From: a virus
Length of the DNA: 62,793 nt
Direction: 5' to 3' (one strand)
Virus record (IMG/VR): IMGVR_UViG_3300045988_104691
In this document: positions 15,798 through 23,960 of the stretch, piece by piece
Layout: each line of letters starts with the position of its first letter
How positions within the stretch are numbered: the stretch's first letter is position 1
Program-made: the position numbers and the translations under genes
The notes under the pieces: model-generated
What the model saw: the letters and a program-made list of their open reading frames with translations, nothing else
The model's database searches: none
Told to the model about the DNA's origin: nothing

Positions 15798-15997
15798 GCA
15801 AGAAGATAGAAGAGATCGGCGCATGCGTGGCCGTGGCAATCGTCACCATCGCCATGGTCGTCGCCTTTTTTTGGGGAATCACTTACGTGGCGATCCACGA
15901 GAAGACCATCATCCTGCATTCCGATACCGGCGACTACGCATGCACGGTATGGCCATTATCCGACGGTCCAACCAGCTGCAAGCCAATCACAGAATAG
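15794..15997 (+). CDS. Small membrane protein, 67 aa
   Basis: TM segment GACVAVAIVTIAMVVAFFWGITYVAI. ATGA coupling. Confidence 0.6.
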   Translation: MSKKIEEIGACVAVAIVTIAMVVAFFWGITYVAIHEKTIILHSDTGDYACTVWPLSDGPTSCKPITE

Positions 15998-16006
15998 GAG
16001 CCAATT

Positions 16007-16312
16007 ATGGAACACATCGTGCAGTTCGCCATCAACATTGACGACAAGACCATCCAGAAACGTCTCGAAGACAATGCCTACGACGACGTAGTGAAACGCA
16101 TCTACAAGGAAGCATTGGACAATCTCGAGTTCCCACGCACATACGGAAACCGTATCAACTGGGATAGTTTCGTCTCCGATCTTGTCTCCCGGTTACTCGA
16201 AGAACACAAGATGGAGATCGTTGACGCGGCAGCGGAAAAGCTAGCCAAGTCGATCAGGAACAGCAAGGCATTCAAGGAACGCAAACAGGAAGTCATGGAG
16301 GATACGGAATGA
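16007..16312 (+). CDS. Hypothetical protein, 101 aa
   Basis: A GGAG RBS precedes the ATG. Confidence 0.65.
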   Translation: MEHIVQFAINIDDKTIQKRLEDNAYDDVVKRIYKEALDNLEFPRTYGNRINWDSFVSDLVSRLLEEHKMEIVDAAAEKLAKSIRNSKAFKERKQEVMEDTE

Positions 16313-16392
16313 CCTACGAAGGAGCAATAGCAATCGTCATTGTGACATATGTCTTCTTGATGCTTATCGCATGGTGGGGTGGAGGACGATGA
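16309..16392 (+). CDS. Possible 27-aa membrane peptide
   Basis: MTYEGAIAIVIVTYVFLMLIAWWGGGR. ATGA overlaps at both ends. Below the ORF-track cutoff. Confidence 0.3.
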   Translation: MTYEGAIAIVIVTYVFLMLIAWWGGGR

Positions 16393-16559
16393 CCTACCAG
16401 ATCATCAGCGAGGACGGCGGCAACTGCGGCACATACCCCACCTACAGGGCCGCCGTCCAACACGCCCTATACGGAGCCACCCAATTCCACAACACATACA
16501 CCATCTACGACCTCGACGACGAGGAAGAAATCATCACGATAGGAGGCACACATGAGTGA
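16389..16559 (+). CDS. Hypothetical protein, 56 aa
   Basis: ATGA coupling at 16389. Confidence 0.5.
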   Translation: MTYQIISEDGGNCGTYPTYRAAVQHALYGATQFHNTYTIYDLDDEEEIITIGGTHE

Positions 16560-17142
16560 CGAGGAATTGCAAACCATCTGGCGGCAAAGCATCGACCATT
16601 ACGGCAAACAGTTGCAGTCAATCGTCTGCATGGAAGAATGCGCCGAACTCATACAAGCAATCAGCAAGAAACTCCGCAAAGATACGTCATCCAATGACGT
16701 TTTGGCCGAAGAAATGGCGGACGTGATCGTCTGCCTACACCAGCTGAAGATGATGTACGGCATCACCGACAAGGCTATCAGCGACTGGGTGGAAGCCAAC
16801 GGTTTCGAGCAGACGTCATGTGAATGCGGTGGGGTGATGCTCGGCCCGAAAACCGTACGCGTCATTACCGAATGCTCCTGTTGCGGAGACCCGGACTGCG
16901 ACTGCCCCTGCTGCGAGGAAGACGACGACACCCACCACGTGTTCACGCTCCGATGCAACGCGCATGACTGCTATAACACGATCGACGTCGGCGAAGACGA
17001 TTGGGGCTACTATCCCGAACGCAAGGAAGACGCCATCCGATACGCCGTCGAATGCGAAGGTTGGGCGGAAGGCAAGCATGGCATCCAAGTCGGACACCTT
17101 TACTGTCCTGAACATGCCAAGGACGTTTGGGAGGAATCATGA
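16552..17142 (+). CDS. mazG: MazG-like NTP pyrophosphohydrolase fused to a Cys/His-rich C-terminal domain, 196 aa
   Basis: MEECAELIQAISK...LAEEMADVIVCL are the MazG EExxE/ExxD helices. The C-terminal half is CECGG...CSCCGDPDCDCPCCEED...CNAHDC...CPEH. Confidence 0.7.
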   Translation: MSDEELQTIWRQSIDHYGKQLQSIVCMEECAELIQAISKKLRKDTSSNDVLAEEMADVIVCLHQLKMMYGITDKAISDWVEANGFEQTSCECGGVMLGPKTVRVITECSCCGDPDCDCPCCEEDDDTHHVFTLRCNAHDCYNTIDVGEDDWGYYPERKEDAIRYAVECEGWAEGKHGIQVGHLYCPEHAKDVWEES

Positions 17143-17423
17143 CCTACGGCACCGAAACCAAGTGGCATGCCACCGAAACCAATTGGGACAGCCGATACCC
17201 CGTAACCTACACGGTGGAAGAACACTGCGAACACGCCACACCGTCAGACCCATTCGCCACGGTCTACCATTGCCGGCGTTGCGGCGAATGGAGGGTACAC
17301 AACTACCTCGGAGACTGGGCGAAACACTGCGAACTGTACGTGAAAATCTTCCACTACAAGGAATGGGACGCCATCTCTCACCATGAGTTTCGCCAACGCC
17401 TATCGAAGGATCGTAGATCATGA
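17139..17423 (+). CDS. Hypothetical Cys/His-containing protein, 94 aa
   Basis: ATGA coupling. CEH...CRRCGEW...HC pattern. Confidence 0.6.
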   Translation: MTYGTETKWHATETNWDSRYPVTYTVEEHCEHATPSDPFATVYHCRRCGEWRVHNYLGDWAKHCELYVKIFHYKEWDAISHHEFRQRLSKDRRS

Positions 17424-17686
17424 CCAACGTTCACGAATCATTGACCGACTGGGAAACCCTACCAGCCAAGGAACTGGCCAACCATAGGGCCATCGCCGTC
17501 ACCGTCAACGATACGGTCATCGACGGGCGGCTGATCTACCACGACCAGCAAGCCCCCTCGGTCGGGCGAATCGAAACCCTAACCTTCGACGTGGTACGTC
17601 CGGTAATCGTCAACATCAACGAGACCGGCAACATCCTCGTCCGAGACATATTCAAGGCAATCAACATCCTCAAGGAGACAAAATGA
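17420..17686 (+). CDS. Hypothetical protein, 88 aa
   Basis: ATGA coupling. Confidence 0.6.
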   Translation: MTNVHESLTDWETLPAKELANHRAIAVTVNDTVIDGRLIYHDQQAPSVGRIETLTFDVVRPVIVNINETGNILVRDIFKAINILKETK

Positions 17687-17922
17687 GCGACAAGCAGATC
17701 GGCGAATACCCACTCAACATCAAAATCGTCAGCGGCAGCTACGAAATCGCCAACATCGACATCAATGTACCCATCCACGTTGACCCGAACGAACGGGTCG
17801 AATACCAGTACAACGGCGGTGTAAGCGTACATGCGAAAGTACCGGACGAGTTCAAGGACAAAATGCGCAAGGTACTCGTCGATGCCGTCATGTCACTGGA
17901 AGAATCACTCAAGGAGAACTGA
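17683..17922 (+). CDS. Hypothetical protein, 79 aa
   Basis: ATGA coupling. Confidence 0.6.
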   Translation: MSDKQIGEYPLNIKIVSGSYEIANIDINVPIHVDPNERVEYQYNGGVSVHAKVPDEFKDKMRKVLVDAVMSLEESLKEN

Positions 17923-17923
17923 A

Positions 17924-18331
17924 ATGAATATCATAGATACAACATATCGCGGCATTTATTCTGTCAGCCTCAACCTAAACGAACTAAGCGATAGAGGGAT
18001 TAACGCTGACAAAATCTGCATCACTGACGGTAATGATGTAATCTTGCACGCCACCAGAGAAATTCTGGTCGCTATGCGTGACAAGCTCAACGAGCTCTTC
18101 CCACCGGAACCGGACGAACCCGAACTGGGCTTACCGGAAGAGCCGAAAGAAGACGGCTACTATCTCACGCCGCAATCCGTGCTGCTGGTCAAGGATACTT
18201 ACAGCTGGTATAGGCCCTCTTATAGGTGGAAAGACGGCAAAGTATACACGGGCGATTGGGGCGTCGTGTACGAAACCCTAGGCGATGAAGCCTTCCCACT
18301 CACCAAACTCAACACCCAAAAGGAGCACTGA
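17924..18331 (+). CDS. PGYY-domain paralog, 135 aa
   Basis: LPEEPKEDGYYLTPQSVLLV...DEAFPLTKL matches 3731-4084. Confidence 0.65.
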   Translation: MNIIDTTYRGIYSVSLNLNELSDRGINADKICITDGNDVILHATREILVAMRDKLNELFPPEPDEPELGLPEEPKEDGYYLTPQSVLLVKDTYSWYRPSYRWKDGKVYTGDWGVVYETLGDEAFPLTKLNTQKEH

Positions 18332-18332
18332 A

Positions 18333-18722
18333 ATGAGCAACAATATCAGTCCAAGTCACTACAAGGGTGGCCCTTTCGAATGCATCGAGCTCAGCCGACT
18401 GCTCAGCTCGGATTGGGGGCAGGTGGTCCAATACTGCTACCGGTGGAAGGACAAGAACGGCGTCGAAGACCTGAAAAAGGCCGCATGGTTCGCACAGGAT
18501 GCGGTCATGCATGGAATACCGATCATCACCAACGACGACTGCATCCGTGAAATCGACTACCGTGTCTGCACAATCCGCGCCCTACTGGCAACCCTCGCCG
18601 AGGTGGATTGGATGGGCTTGGAGGAAATCTGGACAGCTCTGGCAGACAGCAACATGCCGCACCAAGTCGTCGGGTTGATCATTCGCAAGATCACGGAAAT
18701 CGAAAACGAAAAGGAGCAATGA
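18333..18722 (+). CDS. DUF3310-like protein, 129 aa; paralog of 13711-14049
   Basis: SPSHYKGGPFECIEL...WGQVVQYCYRWKDKNGVEDLKKAAWF. Confidence 0.65.
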   Translation: MSNNISPSHYKGGPFECIELSRLLSSDWGQVVQYCYRWKDKNGVEDLKKAAWFAQDAVMHGIPIITNDDCIREIDYRVCTIRALLATLAEVDWMGLEEIWTALADSNMPHQVVGLIIRKITEIENEKEQ

Positions 18723-18723
18723 C

Positions 18724-19131
18724 ATGCAGTTCGATTACAGTCTGATCGACGAACAACTGGTCATCACCGACCCGAAGGACTTCCACTACAATTGCGACGA
18801 GCATCCCGTTGACGGTGACAAACTCATCATCGACATGCCAACGGACGAGGTCAAAGCGTTGCGCGACTATCTCGATACGGAACTGGAACGGTATCAGGCG
18901 ACGCGACGCAATCCGGAAGAGCCGGAACCCATCGAGGACGGCTTCTACGTCACGCAGGACGGAACCCTGATATACCGTGACAGCGGGAATCAACCGTGCG
19001 AGTACATCGTATATACCGATCCTCCGACATATTACTACTACTGGCGTCATGTCTACGAGGACCTCGACGCATCCGCACTCCCTCTCACCCATGTCACGGT
19101 GGACGACTTCAGAAAGCTGGTGAGGAAATGA
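18724..19131 (+). CDS. PGYY-domain paralog, 135 aa
   Basis: PEEPEPIEDGFYVTQDGTLIY...ASALPLTHV. Confidence 0.65.
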   Translation: MQFDYSLIDEQLVITDPKDFHYNCDEHPVDGDKLIIDMPTDEVKALRDYLDTELERYQATRRNPEEPEPIEDGFYVTQDGTLIYRDSGNQPCEYIVYTDPPTYYYYWRHVYEDLDASALPLTHVTVDDFRKLVRK

Positions 19132-19472
19132 GCTTCGACACGCATGTGTTCGTCCGTCCGAAATGCGACTATCCCGGCTGTCGGGCTCGATTGGATGGCG
19201 TCGAATACGACTGGAGTTACGACGAATATGACGCGACAGAGGAAGTTGAGGAAGGCGAGGGTTGGATTTGCCTGTACGACGATGATGAGCGTCCACGTTT
19301 CTTCTGCCCGCAGCATACGGGCGGAAGCTATTTCGGCGAAGATGACACGAGCTTGCACCCATCCAGCGCGGAACTGCTCGACCACTACCGCGACGTTCTC
19401 ACCTCGCAACCCCTGCCCGCACCGGAATGCGAGGATACGATACTCGCCGTCCTGAAAGGAGAAACAGAATGA
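19128..19472 (+). CDS. Hypothetical acidic protein, 114 aa
   Basis: ATGA coupling. CDYPGC...FFCPQH pattern. Confidence 0.6.
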   Translation: MSFDTHVFVRPKCDYPGCRARLDGVEYDWSYDEYDATEEVEEGEGWICLYDDDERPRFFCPQHTGGSYFGEDDTSLHPSSAELLDHYRDVLTSQPLPAPECEDTILAVLKGETE

Positions 19473-19687
19473 GCGAGGACAAGAAGACCATGCGACAAAT
19501 CCGCATCATTAAATGGGCGCTCGTCACAATCCTTATGCTCTACCTGGCCGACATCGGATGCTACGCCGTCCTCGGCATGGTAGGCAAGATTAAAACCGAC
19601 TGGCTCAGCGCCATCGCAGACGTGGCATACCTACTGATCTGGCCGACCATCATGCGATTCATATGGCAGATAGACAAGGACGAGTGA
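19469..19687 (+). CDS. Membrane protein, 72 aa
   Basis: Two hydrophobic segments, WALVTILMLYLADIGCYAVLGMV and VAYLLIWPTIM. Confidence 0.55.
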   Translation: MSEDKKTMRQIRIIKWALVTILMLYLADIGCYAVLGMVGKIKTDWLSAIADVAYLLIWPTIMRFIWQIDKDE

Positions 19688-19893
19688 TGAAGTGGAATCC
19701 GTATGGATGGCATGTCACCTGTTCGCACTGCGGCAACACGGTATCCAGCAACCGCATCGACTGCCCCTACTGCGGACAGAACATCTGGCTCGGATATTCG
19801 CCAAGCGAATACACGGAATCGATCAAAAAGACGAAAGGAGGAAACGCCACCACATGCCATCACAGCAAACCAAAAACCATATCTGGCGCATGA
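19687..19893 (+). CDS. Zinc-ribbon protein, 68 aa
   Basis: CSHCGN...CPYCGQ. TGATG coupling. Confidence 0.5.
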   Translation: MKWNPYGWHVTCSHCGNTVSSNRIDCPYCGQNIWLGYSPSEYTESIKKTKGGNATTCHHSKPKTISGA

Positions 19894-20030
19894 GCGACCA
19901 AGGCTACACGATCAGTGAAATCGCCACCCAACTCAAACTCAGCCGAGACGAAATCATCGCCATCGAAGCCCACCGCCACCCACAAGCCAAAACCGACAAC
20001 ACCAACTACACGCAACCAACCATCATCTGA
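19890..20030 (+). CDS. Small HTH-like protein, 46 aa
   Basis: GYTISEIATQLKLSRDEIIAIE resembles a LuxR/sigma region-4 type HTH. ATGA coupling. Confidence 0.4.
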   Translation: MSDQGYTISEIATQLKLSRDEIIAIEAHRHPQAKTDNTNYTQPTII

Positions 20031-20041
20031 ACGGAGACACC

Positions 20042-20242
20042 ATGAGCAAGATCAAAAGCCGCAGCCGGATGAAAAACTCGACGTTCGCCATACCGGAAGA
20101 ACGCAAATACCCCATCCCGGACGCATCCCACGCACGCAACGCACTCGCACGAGTCGCCCAAAACGGCACCCCCACCGAAAAACGACGAGTACGCGCCGCA
20201 GTACGCAAGAAATTCCCCTCCATCAAAATCAACGGCAAATAA
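20042..20242 (+). CDS. Hypothetical basic protein, 66 aa
   Basis: KYPIPDASHARNALARVAQ motif. Followed by a strong terminator. Confidence 0.6.
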   Translation: MSKIKSRSRMKNSTFAIPEERKYPIPDASHARNALARVAQNGTPTEKRRVRAAVRKKFPSIKINGK

Positions 20243-20250
20243 AAAGCAAC

Positions 20251-20282
20251 GTCTATGCCGACAAAAGAACGTCGGCATAGAC
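20251..20282 (+). terminator. Hairpin terminator ending the early block
   Basis: GTCTATGCCGAC is the perfect complement of GTCGGCATAGAC, with an 8-nt loop. Confidence 0.6.
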
Positions 20283-20317
20283 AACACGTCGTATAATAGG
20301 TTCCGCCGAGACTCCGG

Positions 20318-21226
20318 TTGCACTCATGGGGGACGAACGGCGGACCACCAACCCCCACGGACGCAACAGGAGGACCATTGACCGGCGGAACCACCACCTG
20401 CGAAAACTGCTGGAAAGAAAGCATCAAAGGCGAACGCCTATGCCCAGCATGCAACAGGGAACTCGAAAACAACCTCACATGGTTCGAAAACCACCTCGAA
20501 GACCTACGATGGCGCTCCAACCGAGCCGACAAAACCAACACCGGAGGAGGCACGCACGGAGGCTACTCCGCCAGCCCGGCACCCCTACGCGAAAGCGTAC
20601 ACGAACTCATCGAAGGACCAGACAAAGACGGCAACCCCGGACTCACCGACATCCTCCGCGAATACTGCCGCTGCCTCGGCATCAACACCACCTACACGGC
20701 AGGGCCAGACACCATGGCACGCCGCATCCGCCTCTCCTACAAGCGAGGCACATGCGCCGCAACCCCCATGTACGCGAAAATCCTCAACAAGCTACGCCGA
20801 ACCGCAGAACAACTCCTCGACTACACGCTCGAAGACAAAGTGATCGTAGGCGAATGCCCAACCAAAGGCTGCACGCACGTCGCCACCGCCATACCAACCG
20901 CCCAATTCGCGCCGGTATGCCCAGAATGCGGCATGGTCTACCCAGTAGCCGACATCCGCGAAACCCGCAGGAAAAAACTCCTGAACAGCAACATCACCGG
21001 CACCCAAACCGAACTCCGCAAACTCCTCCTCCAATGCGGCATCATCGTCAAACCCGGCACCATCCGCAGCTGGGTAAGCAGGGGAGACCTCAAAACCGTC
21101 TCCCCGCACGCGGACCGGAGGAAAAGCGAATACAAGCTCGCCGACGTATACCGTCTCGCCGTCCAAAACCCCGAACAGGAAACCTCCATCTGGATGCTCC
21201 TACGACAAGAAGAACAGGAACGCTAA
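20318..21226 (+). CDS. Zinc-finger plus MerR-like HTH DNA-binding protein; possible late-gene regulator
   Basis: CENCW...CPACN and CPTKGC...CPECG zinc ribbons. C-terminal ELRKLLLQCGIIVKPGTIRSWVSRGDL is HTH-like. TTG 20378, just after AGGAGG, is the more likely start. Confidence 0.6.
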   Translation: MHSWGTNGGPPTPTDATGGPLTGGTTTCENCWKESIKGERLCPACNRELENNLTWFENHLEDLRWRSNRADKTNTGGGTHGGYSASPAPLRESVHELIEGPDKDGNPGLTDILREYCRCLGINTTYTAGPDTMARRIRLSYKRGTCAATPMYAKILNKLRRTAEQLLDYTLEDKVIVGECPTKGCTHVATAIPTAQFAPVCPECGMVYPVADIRETRRKKLLNSNITGTQTELRKLLLQCGIIVKPGTIRSWVSRGDLKTVSPHADRRKSEYKLADVYRLAVQNPEQETSIWMLLRQEEQER

Positions 21227-21507
21227 TGCAACTCGACCTCAGAACACCGGAAAACAGTTGGCGCCGCCAACTTTGCAAACTCGGCTACCACTACGACATC
21301 GAAGAAAGCGAAGAAGGCGAGGAAACATGGAAGAAGAGCATCGACACCACGGACGGGCCTAAAACCATATCCACTTGCACCGTCGAAACCTGCACCAGCC
21401 TCATAGCACCCAACGGCCCGACATTCATGTTCGTGGACAACGCGACCGGTTGGCGCGTCACAGCTGATCTCAACACCATTATGAAAGTAGACGGCATCAG
21501 ACTATGA
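21226..21507 (+). CDS. Hypothetical protein, 93 aa
   Basis: TAATG coupling. Confidence 0.6.
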   Translation: MQLDLRTPENSWRRQLCKLGYHYDIEESEEGEETWKKSIDTTDGPKTISTCTVETCTSLIAPNGPTFMFVDNATGWRVTADLNTIMKVDGIRL

Positions 21508-21704
21508 GCAGCACTAAAACCATCCCCATAGGCACGGAAAGGTGCGATGTCACCATCACATGGGAGACCGGATGAAAATGCACCGCCAAAGGCCGCTGTA
21601 CCAGCATCGCCATCGAAGCCCCCTACGGCCTAGGCAATACGGAACTCGACAGCCTATACGACTTCAAATTCTATCCACCCACCAAAGAAGGAGAAAAGCC
21701 ATGA
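21504..21704 (+). CDS. Small ORF interrupted by an in-frame TGA at 21573-21575
   Basis: ATGA overlaps at both ends. The 43 codons after the TGA have coding-like composition but no in-frame ATG/GTG/TTG start. The other two frames look like off-frame translation. Confidence 0.4.
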
Positions 21705-22033
21705 GGAAGCTAGTCGTTGAACATCTTGAAGACTTCGGTGTCGAAGAAGTAGGGCACGTCGATTCAAGCGTCGGTTACGATTGGGCAGCCATCATAGTGT
21801 TACGGACGATTAAACGCCATGCGGATGGTAGGGAATACTATATTGCGGACGATAATGGCTGTTCCTGCTTCAGCGCATTCGAGTACTTCTACAGTCTGGA
21901 TGATTTCACAGGCCCGATGACTCGAAGCCAATGCTTGGAGGAATTGCAGAACCTGTTGAACCAGCTTTACTACAAGGAAGATTCTTTGACGCAACGGGAT
22001 TACAAGGCCCTATGCAAGAAACTGGAGGAATAA
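21701..22033 (+). CDS. Hypothetical protein, 110 aa
   Basis: ATG 21701 follows an AAGGAGAAAAG RBS; the track ORF starts at 21542. Confidence 0.7.
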   Translation: MRKLVVEHLEDFGVEEVGHVDSSVGYDWAAIIVLRTIKRHADGREYYIADDNGCSCFSAFEYFYSLDDFTGPMTRSQCLEELQNLLNQLYYKEDSLTQRDYKALCKKLEE

Positions 22034-22034
22034 C

Positions 22035-22136
22035 ATGTGTTATCCCGACTATTATGAACCACCAGATGACTGGGATGATGACTGGCCTATCACAACAGAC
22101 GAAGATGACACAAGCCTGCTTATAATAAGCGGCTAG
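22035..22136 (+). CDS. Possible 33-aa acidic peptide
   Basis: MCYPDYYEPPDDWDDDWPITTDEDDTSLLIISG. Starts 2 nt after the upstream stop. Below the track cutoff. Confidence 0.3.
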   Translation: MCYPDYYEPPDDWDDDWPITTDEDDTSLLIISG

Positions 22137-22260
22137 GCTAAGCGAGGGATACGATCGGAATTGCGGGTGCAAATCCCGCCTGCCGAAGGGAGAGCCCATC
22201 GGTGGTAGCGCAACAGTAGTAAGCATCCGAAACCGTATCCGAATTATCGCAGCCAAAAAC

Positions 22261-22300
22261 GGAAGTGGCCCCATCCAAAACGTCGGACGGGGCCACTTCC
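22261..22300. terminator. Strong hairpin terminator bounding the reverse-strand island
   Basis: GGAAGTGGCCCC is the perfect complement of GGGGCCACTTCC. On the minus strand it is followed by GTTTTT. Confidence 0.7.
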
Positions 22301-22311
22301 CTTATTCCAGA

Positions 22312-22869
22312 TCACAGATAATCCTCCGGACGTACCTGCGGCAACATCGGCGACTTACCAGACAACGCACGCTCCAAACTCGCCACATGCGACGTTTCGG
22401 AATCCGTATCAAACGGATGATAACGGCCATCCCTGCACCGGATACACCAGAAGCCCGGCCTATCCTCTCCATCATCCGCGACCAGCAGCCACCGGTCGCC
22501 ATCCGAATCCGAACACTGCAACAACGGACGCCAACCGCCACCAGCCAAACCAGTTAAGCGGACCGTCCCAGCATCGCCCGTGAACGGTTTAAGCCCGGTA
22601 TGCGTAATGTCAGGACGATTCCACGTCCACAGCAAGCCGCCATCCCGGCCAACATACGCCGGGTCAGGCCGCACCCCATGCTCCGCCAACACTGCGGGAG
22701 TCACCTCAAACGGCGTATCGAAATCCTCAACCCGATCAGCCAGCACGTCACCTTTGACCCAGACACGCCAAGGCGCATCCTCAGCAGGGGACACGGGCCG
22801 CATCTCAACCGACATGCCAGACATGCACGCCACATACGCGCTCATGCTCTCAACCATGACAAGCTCCAT
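22312..22869 (-). CDS. Island ORF P16, hypothetical, 185 aa
   Basis: The ATG overlaps the stop of the HTH gene P15 by 1 nt (TAATG). No motif recognised. Confidence 0.65.
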   Translation of the reverse strand: MELVMVESMSAYVACMSGMSVEMRPVSPAEDAPWRVWVKGDVLADRVEDFDTPFEVTPAVLAEHGVRPDPAYVGRDGGLLWTWNRPDITHTGLKPFTGDAGTVRLTGLAGGGWRPLLQCSDSDGDRWLLVADDGEDRPGFWCIRCRDGRYHPFDTDSETSHVASLERALSGKSPMLPQVRPEDYL

Positions 22870-23072
22870 TACTTATCGTCATCGTCAAGCAGTTTGCGGG
22901 GATTAGCCACATGCAAGGCATCACACATACGCAATGCCTTAGCCAACGTCATATTGCTTATGGAATTGACGCCATTCTCATAAGCGGCGACATGCTGCTG
23001 CGTAACGCCCAGCTTTTCGGCCAGCTGCTGCTGCGTCATGCCACGCTTCAACCGTAACTCCCTCAAACCCAT
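22869..23072 (-). CDS. Island ORF P15, XRE-family HTH regulator, 67 aa
   Basis: MGLRELRLKRGMTQQQLAEKLGVTQQHVAAYENG. GAAAGGA RBS. The track ORF extends to 23159. Confidence 0.75.
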   Translation of the reverse strand: MGLRELRLKRGMTQQQLAEKLGVTQQHVAAYENGVNSISNMTLAKALRMCDALHVANPRKLLDDDDK

Positions 23073-23091
23073 GACGAAATTCCTTTCAAGA

Positions 23092-23466
23092 TCAGTCGTC
23101 GTCCCCGATAGTGCATTCCGGGTCAAGATATTCAACACCATCCACGCCATAGTGGACATTCAGAATCGTAGCCGGGTCATGCAACGCCACGAACCAGTTC
23201 ACCAGCCGTTCCAACGTCATCGACGCCGCAAACCTGTGGACGCGATCATAGAACGAATCCCACACCGATTGCGAATCCTCACCCGCATCCACCAATCGGT
23301 CGAACTCGCCGCGCAAACCCTCATCAGGTAGCACGGCCGACGCGAAACGCACGTCATCCAAACCAACCCAATCGGACGCACAACGGCCGGCCAACTCACG
23401 GACGGGAACCAGAATCGTCCCGCCATGACGCTCCAACCTCGTAAAAATAACAACCTCAGCCTTCAT
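23092..23466 (-). CDS. Island ORF P14, acidic hypothetical, 124 aa
   Basis: Lies between the two HTH genes. D/E-rich, ending in GDDD. Confidence 0.65.
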   Translation of the reverse strand: MKAEVVIFTRLERHGGTILVPVRELAGRCASDWVGLDDVRFASAVLPDEGLRGEFDRLVDAGEDSQSVWDSFYDRVHRFAASMTLERLVNWFVALHDPATILNVHYGVDGVEYLDPECTIGDDD

Positions 23467-23478
23467 CGCAATATCCTT

Positions 23479-23895
23479 TCAATCAATTAGAAAATCAACA
23501 GGGTCACATTGCAGCGCCTCCGACAGGCGTCGCGCAGTATCCAAATACATCTGAGACACGGGACGATACCCGGTCTCGAACCAAGAAATATTAGGCTGGG
23601 GAATACCCGTCAAGGCTGACAGCATCCGCTGCGTCAAATGCCGTTCCCGACGAATCCTCCTCAACCCGTCCACACCGGCTGACACGCCGCCACGCCACGC
23701 ATCCTCATCCGGATACAAGTCCAACACGTTGCAATGCAACGCGTCGGCAATCCGCCGAGCCGTACCCAAATACATGTTCCGCGCCTCGGACGCATTGCAC
23801 TCCAACGTACTCAACCGCGTGAAGGCGATACCGGTCAACGCTTCCAACTGGAGCAACGTCAACCCGCAACGCTCACGACGTTCACGCAACCCCAT
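23479..23895 (-). CDS. Island ORF P13, tandem double XRE-HTH regulator, 138 aa
   Basis: Two HTH units: RERCGLTLLQLEALTGIAFTRLSTLE and RRERHLTQRMLSALTGIPQPNISWFE. Confidence 0.75.
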   Translation of the reverse strand: MGLRERRERCGLTLLQLEALTGIAFTRLSTLECNASEARNMYLGTARRIADALHCNVLDLYPDEDAWRGGVSAGVDGLRRIRRERHLTQRMLSALTGIPQPNISWFETGYRPVSQMYLDTARRLSEALQCDPVDFLID

Positions 23896-23960
23896 GACCG
23901 CCCCCTATCACGCCAGACATTACGTTCAGCCTAACATCAACGGGGGCGGCCACGTTACGC

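Noticed and set aside
20326-21507. 393-aa ORF overlapping 20318-21226 in another frame. The same applies to 3982-4707, 10253-10993 (upstream part), 11791-12213, 12546-12986, 5534-5860 and 15688-16041.
   Set aside because: These are Arg/His/Pro/Gln-rich off-frame translations of better-supported genes. Their only plausible parts are the 3' segments, which are already annotated from internal starts with an RBS or start-stop coupling.
22165-22200. tRNA suggested by the T-arm-like hairpin GCGGG-TGCAAAT-CCCGC.
   Set aside because: No matching acceptor stem sits adjacent to the T-stem in either orientation, and there are no D or anticodon arms at tRNA spacing.
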